The notes under the pieces were generated by a model. The model saw only the letters and a program-made list of their open reading frames with translations. It ran no database searches and was not told the origin of the DNA. Positions 60,201 to 64,000 of a DNA stretch of 64,000 nt are shown piece after piece (the first letter of the stretch is position 1; each line of letters opens with the position of its first letter). The DNA comes from Acholeplasmatales bacterium (GTDB taxonomy: Bacteria > Bacillota_I > Bacilli_A > Acholeplasmatales > Acholeplasmataceae): the NCBI GenBank assembly GCA_003249785.1, contig QKIB01000101.1, positions 2,970-66,969 on the forward strand, written 5' to 3'. A program made the position numbers and the translations under genes.

Positions 60201-61760
60201 CATGTCTATTTCCCATCGGATGATGCCATGCTCATGAGTTCAGATTTCACACCAGAAAATGGCACGGATGTAGCATTGGAAGATCAAGATTATTTCATCA
60301 CCATTTTATCAGATTTGGGATATGAAGTTGATTTCAATAAAACAACACCAATAGGGTATTATGATATCCATTCGGCTTACCAATCCAGTGTAACCATTTG
60401 GGGTGAAAATCTATCATGGAACTTCACATTTGATGATGTTACAGTTCGTAAAGTCAAGAATGATGACAGTCATTTAAATAATGTATACTTTGTATCCGAT
60501 ACTGTTTTTTCCGGTTTTGATACAATTGTTGATATCGAATTGATTACAACCACTGCATACATCAATTATCTTCAGTATCCAGAAACACGTTTAATGTCAG
60601 TCTTACCTACAACGGGTATCTACTATGGGGATTATGCAGATTATACAGCGTACTGGATCATTGGTCAGGTTCAAAAAACGAATCTATCGGCTTATTTGCC
60701 AACCTTTGTCTTGCCGGAAGGCGCCATCATTAGAAGAGTCATCGATCCAGTCAATATCGGATATGAGTATCAGTCCGAATTACTTTCAGCAGATTTCACA
60801 CCGCTCGATGACGCATTCAATTTCGTTCAATACCGAATTTATGCCCAGGATTTCGATGAATTCCCAACACATTACACCGATTATTACATCGCGATTCAGG
60901 ATGTTACAAACAATGTCAAGTTCAACTTGACGGTTGTCAATGATTCGGATATGACCTTTGATAAGGTTTATGTTAAGGTCAATGTCTGTCAGATGGGTGA
61001 AGATTATACCGGCGAATGTACTTATGATCAACTCTTGATTACGATGTCTGTATTCTCCTACTATGATCCTGAAACTGATACATTCACGAACAACCAATTC
61101 CAAACAACGATGTATGGAACTTATTTGGTTTATGTTGATCTACCTGATGGCTATAGCTATACAGTATCCGTTCAACAAGTCACCATTGATGGTAGTGCAT
61201 TTTATCTTGAAGATTCCATTCTTCCAAGAAAATATTATGTCACTGTAACCATCATTAATGAACCGACAACTATCGATTGGGGTCAACGTGACATCTTCGA
61301 TTATGCACCACCTGTGGTTGCCATGAGCACGGTTGTTACCTATAATGCTGGGGACATGTTCACCTATGGTGGTATAACATGGATGGTTCAGGAAGGCTAT
61401 ACGTATCATTACACTGTATCGACACCTCCAGGTACAGCAGGTGTGAATCTAGGTCTTCTTGATATGGGACCTGATTATAGTCTAGTATCTACTTACATGA
61501 TCGGTAATGAAGTTTCATACAATGGTATCACTTATCGGGCACTGGTTGATGATCTTTATAACATCACCCCTGATGTTGCATCGGTGACTGACGGACATTG
61601 GTTCGAAGTTTCTGATCTATGGATCACTTACAACATGTACCAAGCCGGTGATATTGTACTTTATAATGGGGTAACCTACATTGCTACTGATGCAAGCCAA
61701 AACTTGAATCCTTTAGATCATTCAGGTGTTGGCGAGCCATGGAGTGTTTATACAGGATAA
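54276..61760 (+). CDS. Cluster 2 gene K: giant secreted adhesin-like protein (GLUG-type repeats, three C-terminal CBM5/12-like modules), ~2494 aa
   Basis: FSGTFDGQGYEITNL, YVGGLVG and YIGGLVG repeats; C-terminal YNAGDMFTYGG, YMIGNEVSYNGITYRA...W and YQAGDIVLYNGVTYIA...W. Start moved to ATG 54276. Confidence 0.78.
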   Translation: MKRIMIQKIVLFFFVFASFFIALNWIGFTDIKGFDYQVSSSWKGHDLGFTPQEDVLYDSNYRQFSTIIDDVYLVDPSKIYVIETAYDLYYFSELAKGPDKSTYLSLNYVLGANIDYYDIVQQNITYRFSPIGFVEPFSGTFDGQGYEITNLFFHSILFEDDYDNNYAGLRFTAMFSKVSSTGVIKNLGLINPIIIQPIEWGIMDHVASLVGENNGLVENTYMIDTRGSASGFSVEGQFRLSGLVSINNGTINDSFVAAPHIRSNAVVNNLSTNAVIYGNFGTINHVYYDASIYIDSDAVTAPATGLVTSEFQNHTNFSSDWYFNDSYLDLASQPSQESLATLENTYPILQGLTVNNGVLEIENAVDFVYMNQLLSVSGLFRSSHYEITYDIDMNQVSRIAYQAASVGFNGILSSSVVTPETILYDRNIDQGGDISYHSIIDLKIESASAVGNFSSYALFTSLFGTVENINFINFQISTPDLEDQVNKTKVEIGFIAGLMSLGTISNVHVQGDLTVSSTVSPMTKLYVGGLVGEASGTLDTVSTHGTITQGIQDYLVKSNESATGGLVGKSNGLSLNRVMNANDITGQGYLAANTATYYIGGLVGYGDLHTMTKAVNAGYIHTSADPAYMSTIHAGGIIGEQTNQMGIISQVYNDGHVDVIANQVFDMTLAGYGYVNGIASDPDAHYEFYSITNDGRLRITQPNNPVYSDVELAQIQANVSGVIIADSIDGAFYGLFNESDFSIDYAYLNTYAGTLSLSNSTDSSVIQAYNTGHITLISSNTITHDLVKVSGNILGQNMSMEQIRNEGNIAIEFDHNTNFSSGNLYVYGLFESIDQGFTAQNGYNGGNITIAQDLATTLNYTVYASGLGYRNSNTDYFLENNIDPTSIDISDIIGSMDNFINNGNVIIDGAFGGNTLASGALVINESSVTSVVNLGNISNKNDITLANGRVESAGIANLMIGQYARIKDSANNGTITAVSTTSNGYLIASGLVGRNDLLENGSSVTSGSLHKYAKIMFSINYGDVYAYSNVDESSYTITMETRSKASGMLAEGFLSIVDVINYGNIYSKYLASGIIGYITLDKFGTITANQVYLANIVNYGKIREITAYDGSYTIDMNVFPSHMVYNAFGTFIGKFQTGTTTWEFLSLSTYALYPIDLINFGYYINFDNLGNLLGSAPDLTLDSHLTENGEGAELLTAILDQMATIKSGDSSVNPFNSFILGVFPHLADYGKVIPSYTLDESQTGIFYENFIFRNPPVSYYGTDQYLKNYFEYIPREKVSDYLLTKIETDTTNIYTGIYVLASSSGVGNGIYIPDHIDLDALNPQLLDSEPDTTWLGVDTDPTAVIYKLTVEMRQIKASYATTIYDLSISQVDVNGDPITNGLTLQKPVIDEARGLITYYLPSNASIISGLSSYQIQAYGFVEAAYGIGHMIPNFYENGAWSYKWVGDFKKVGEDYIPIGPYNTTGNRNVTYSTTTEFITSKNRSDSVPAAVYDMYTTDSGAYIPAVYVHLPHIKEYTTANNYWWRQTGYLAESATTTAAGYGAYKIIVPTPPPTYPVVYEYVGPSTELVTYVSTALEGIGDITIYDDAGVYFQPNMDPSTYELASGATFYDNGSTDITSATIPLSYGIYDTYYDGATGSLIDRLSDHYGSIRVYSANYDALNPATYRDYEIRIIRTADESLTAIDALYINGVTAMPTITDFRNVTANQSLYYTSDGINGVMSITYSTLNISNYYNVIPLISVFDNNTGVKVTTSLYRLHKGIVETDNAFNNLDGTWGTGSVTFDFEVTDLLPSGDYRLELELVTGETAIVHFTKMQSADGFLLNVEFDGDILEPIGTTIASTVPFGMYYNPADPMTEMMNFTNVFTLSNISYDALTGSNIPDYLTSIEISPFATLVSMGFSVSMIDSYRHEYIISYVIEAEDGTLYTYDHILDEAVVSATPLHVYQNGGEVDQPFTYLSIPYNDSPTIRVEFAFDHVYFPSDDAMLMSSDFTPENGTDVALEDQDYFITILSDLGYEVDFNKTTPIGYYDIHSAYQSSVTIWGENLSWNFTFDDVTVRKVKNDDSHLNNVYFVSDTVFSGFDTIVDIELITTTAYINYLQYPETRLMSVLPTTGIYYGDYADYTAYWIIGQVQKTNLSAYLPTFVLPEGAIIRRVIDPVNIGYEYQSELLSADFTPLDDAFNFVQYRIYAQDFDEFPTHYTDYYIAIQDVTNNVKFNLTVVNDSDMTFDKVYVKVNVCQMGEDYTGECTYDQLLITMSVFSYYDPETDTFTNNQFQTTMYGTYLVYVDLPDGYSYTVSVQQVTIDGSAFYLEDSILPRKYYVTVTIINEPTTIDWGQRDIFDYAPPVVAMSTVVTYNAGDMFTYGGITWMVQEGYTYHYTVSTPPGTAGVNLGLLDMGPDYSLVSTYMIGNEVSYNGITYRALVDDLYNITPDVASVTDGHWFEVSDLWITYNMYQAGDIVLYNGVTYIATDASQNLNPLDHSGVGEPWSVYTG

Positions 61761-61788
61761 AAAAAAGGCCAATTGGCCTTTTCTTTTT
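61759..61788. terminator. Bidirectional intrinsic terminator
   Basis: AAAAAAAGGCC-aatt-GGCCTTTTCTTTTT between convergent genes. Confidence 0.85.
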
Positions 61789-61981
61789 ATGCTAAAATCA
61801 GAATACCTGCAATGATACCTGCCAATCCAAAAACCAGAATAAGGATATTATATCCGGTTTTGCCCATCATTTTGATGAGGACCTTAGATTTTGGGTTGTT
61901 GTATAATAGTGGGAACTGAAATAATAAACCCGCAAGAACAAAAGCACCATAAATCAATAGAATAATACCTAAAATTTCCAT
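61787..61981 (-). CDS. Small two-TM membrane protein
   Basis: 64 aa, two hydrophobic helices, GGAGG RBS. Confidence 0.65.
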   Translation of the reverse strand: MEILGIILLIYGAFVLAGLLFQFPLLYNNPKSKVLIKMMGKTGYNILILVFGLAGIIAGILILA

Positions 61982-61991
61982 GAGTTACCTC

Positions 61992-62717
61992 CTATATATG
62001 AACTCGGTTTTTATACAGACGATAGAGAATGAATGCGATTGCACCATTCACAACCATACCAATAACAAAATACAGAAAACTTGAACTCAAAATAAACGTT
62101 TGAGTTGGCAAGAGTTCCATCGAAAGAATTCTCACAGTCCAAAATCCAGGTAAAACACCCAAAAGGAATTCAGTCCAGTTAAAAACAAATAAACCAGCTA
62201 TTGGAGCCATCAGAATCAAACCAGAAAGTTTCATGAAGACAAATCCTTCAACTTTATTGGTAGCAAATGAATTAATGAGAAGTGCCAAGATCGGGCCTTG
62301 AATAGGGACCAAGATCATGACATAAATCATGTTCATGATATTGGCTGTAGCAAACAAACCAGAAGTTAAAAGAATCAAGAAAGTTGTTACTAAACCAAAC
62401 AGATAACTGACCGATAGTTTAATGAGCACATAATCTCTGACTTTGATCGGTGTAATTCTTAAAGAGAACAAAACATTGTCATCCTGGTCATCTAGGAGCG
62501 TAAAGCCTGTGATAGCGCCATAGAGGAAACTATTCATTAAGATGAATAGGATTGTCATAAGATTGGCAACCAGGATACTGTTGTTGTCCCTGAGATATGG
62601 AACAAGCAAATAGGCAACAATTGCCATAATGAGCGAGAAAATGACGAAGAATAAATACATTTTATCTCTTGTAACATTCTTTAATTCATGATAGAAGACA
62701 CGTTTAAACATCATCAC
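61992..62717 (-). CDS. ABC-2 type exporter permease
   Basis: Six-TM pattern, LLDDQDD...LRITP and NKVEGFVFMK. Confidence 0.85.
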   Translation of the reverse strand: MMMFKRVFYHELKNVTRDKMYLFFVIFSLIMAIVAYLLVPYLRDNNSILVANLMTILFILMNSFLYGAITGFTLLDDQDDNVLFSLRITPIKVRDYVLIKLSVSYLFGLVTTFLILLTSGLFATANIMNMIYVMILVPIQGPILALLINSFATNKVEGFVFMKLSGLILMAPIAGLFVFNWTEFLLGVLPGFWTVRILSMELLPTQTFILSSSFLYFVIGMVVNGAIAFILYRLYKNRVHI

Positions 62718-63454
62718 ACCCCACTTTGCTTGACAGCATATTCCTTGAATTTAGGTAAGATATAGAAAGCATATCCACAAATGCCAATGACAAGGAACAC
62801 AACTATGCTTAAATAGAATTTTAAGGTAATCGCAGCACCAAAACCAACATTGATGAGTTGAATGGCTGCTTGTGTTGGGAAGATCAATAAAACATAGCTC
62901 CAGACTTCACCTTTAAAGATAACATCAAACGCATTAAGAATGCTAGGAACAGAAAAGAGAAACACATAAGTGATAACGCCCATCAGCATGGATGTGAAAT
63001 CTTTTGAGTGAAATGAAAATATAAATCCTAAAAGACTATGAAAGAAGATCGATACAAGTAGACCGAAGATGACCAATACCCATCTGATTTGTACATCTTT
63101 GATGAAATAGAAGACAAGGATAATAAGCATCGATGAGAAAATAAGCTGGATGGTATTTGCTGTTGCTTTCGATAAAATCAGATTTTGTCTGGATACTGGT
63201 GTAACCAGCATCGTCGAAAATGTCGATTCCGTTTTCTCAAAGAACATGACAGCACCGATAAAAATAATGGACATCATGGTTGCATCAAAAACGATAATCA
63301 AAGGCAAGAGTTTTGAAAAAATTCCCGCATCCTTAACAAAGTAGAGCATAAGACCCCAAACGATGGCAACAACGAAGCTAATGGTTGTCACGCCATATTT
63401 ATTAAGTCTAGTCAGCTCGCCTTGCGTTAATGTCAAAAAATGATTACGCTTCAT
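62714..63454 (-). CDS. ABC-2 type exporter permease
   Basis: FIGAVMFFEK...LVTPVS motif and multiple TMs. Confidence 0.85.
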   Translation of the reverse strand: MKRNHFLTLTQGELTRLNKYGVTTISFVVAIVWGLMLYFVKDAGIFSKLLPLIIVFDATMMSIIFIGAVMFFEKTESTFSTMLVTPVSRQNLILSKATANTIQLIFSSMLIILVFYFIKDVQIRWVLVIFGLLVSIFFHSLLGFIFSFHSKDFTSMLMGVITYVFLFSVPSILNAFDVIFKGEVWSYVLLIFPTQAAIQLINVGFGAAITLKFYLSIVVFLVIGICGYAFYILPKFKEYAVKQSGV

Positions 63455-64000
63455 GATTCAGACCTACGCCAGTGACTTGAATGAAGATTTCCTCCAAGGT
63501 TGTTTCCCCACTATGCAAGGTTTCGATATCCTTGGTTTTCAACAATTCCAAGAAACGTTCGTTCTTGCCGATGCCATCCATTGGAAATTCTTCAGCAATT
63601 GTCTTCCCGTCTTCCTTATATTCTAACTTCATCGTCCGTTTTCCATATTTGATTTTTAGATTTCTTGGGCTATCGGTTTCGATGATTTGTCCATCAACAA
63701 CAAAAGCAACTCGATCACACAATTGATCGACATCTGTCATGATGTGACTGGTCAAAAACACAGTACCACCTGCTTTTTTGAATTCACGGATCATGTCTTT
63801 TAAGATCATCGCATTCGTTGGATCTAATCCATTGGTTGGTTCATCCAAAAACAGCATTTCTGGACTATTCAGCATAGCACGAACGAAATTGAGTCTGATC
63901 TTCATGCCTTTGCTGTATTCTCCGACCATTTTATCACGATCTTCCCATAGACCAACACGCTTCATCAAGGTTTCAATATTCGTGTTTTTTTGATAAAGTT
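63444..64000 (-). CDS. ABC exporter ATP-binding protein, partial (N-terminus beyond the window)
   Basis: YSKGM signature, LFLDEPTNGLDP Walker B/D-loop, TSH H-loop; Walker A not in the window. Confidence 0.9.
   Translation of the reverse strand, partial: LYQKNTNIETLMKRVGLWEDRDKMVGEYSKGMKIRLNFVRAMLNSPEMLFLDEPTNGLDPTNAMILKDMIREFKKAGGTVFLTSHIMTDVDQLCDRVAFVVDGQIIETDSPRNLKIKYGKRTMKLEYKEDGKTIAEEFPMDGIGKNERFLELLKTKDIETLHSGETTLEEIFIQVTGVGLNHEA

Noticed and set aside
30676-61760. Many 60-145 aa antisense or alternate-frame ORFs inside the large genes
   Set aside because: No recognisable motifs, and fully nested within well-supported CDSs.
1-64000. Mycoplasma-type genetic code (TGA=Trp), tRNA/rRNA genes, prophage, integrase/transposase or DGR elements
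   Set aside because: Long ORFs close properly at TGA with ATGA coupling and use TGG for Trp. No structural RNA genes, mobile-element genes or reverse transcriptase were recognised.

Overview
AT-rich bacterial chromosome segment in the standard genetic code (TGA acts as stop, e.g. ATGA overlaps at 4900-4903 and 10497-10500). Gene content and the absence of sortase or wall-anchoring motifs suggest a free-living Acholeplasmataceae/Izemoplasmatales-like Bacillota; this is inference only. 1-23.4 kb is mostly metabolic: B12-dependent glutamate mutase glmS-glmL-glmE, a divergent two-subunit Fe-S hydratase, tdh-kbl, rlmD, panE, GTP-PEPCK, ogt and an M20 amidohydrolase. It also holds a 3-gene c-di-GMP/polysaccharide operon (degenerate ODP-GGDEF-REC protein, HEAT-like/GT2 synthase fusion, PAS-GGDEF cyclase). 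23.5-61.8 kb holds two paralogous copies of an apparently undescribed surface-fibre system. Each copy has several TasA/BsaA-like proteins with SipW-class signal peptides, a SipW-like gene, a membrane-anchored McrB-type AAA+ GTPase and a ~2,450-2,500 aa GLUG-repeat adhesin ending in CBM5/12-like modules. Copy 2 also has a nuclease-less DUF2357/McrC-like coiled-coil protein and a second SipW. Copy 2 is driven by two perfect sigma70 promoters gated by c-di-GMP-I (GEMM-I) riboswitches: a near-identical triple tandem (U at the C92-equivalent position) and a single canonical one. Copy 1 has a catalytically degenerate SipW, no McrC-like gene and no riboswitch. A hybrid histidine kinase and a PDE/pseudo-PDE GGDEF-EAL pair lie between the copies. 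The window ends in an ABC-2 exporter.
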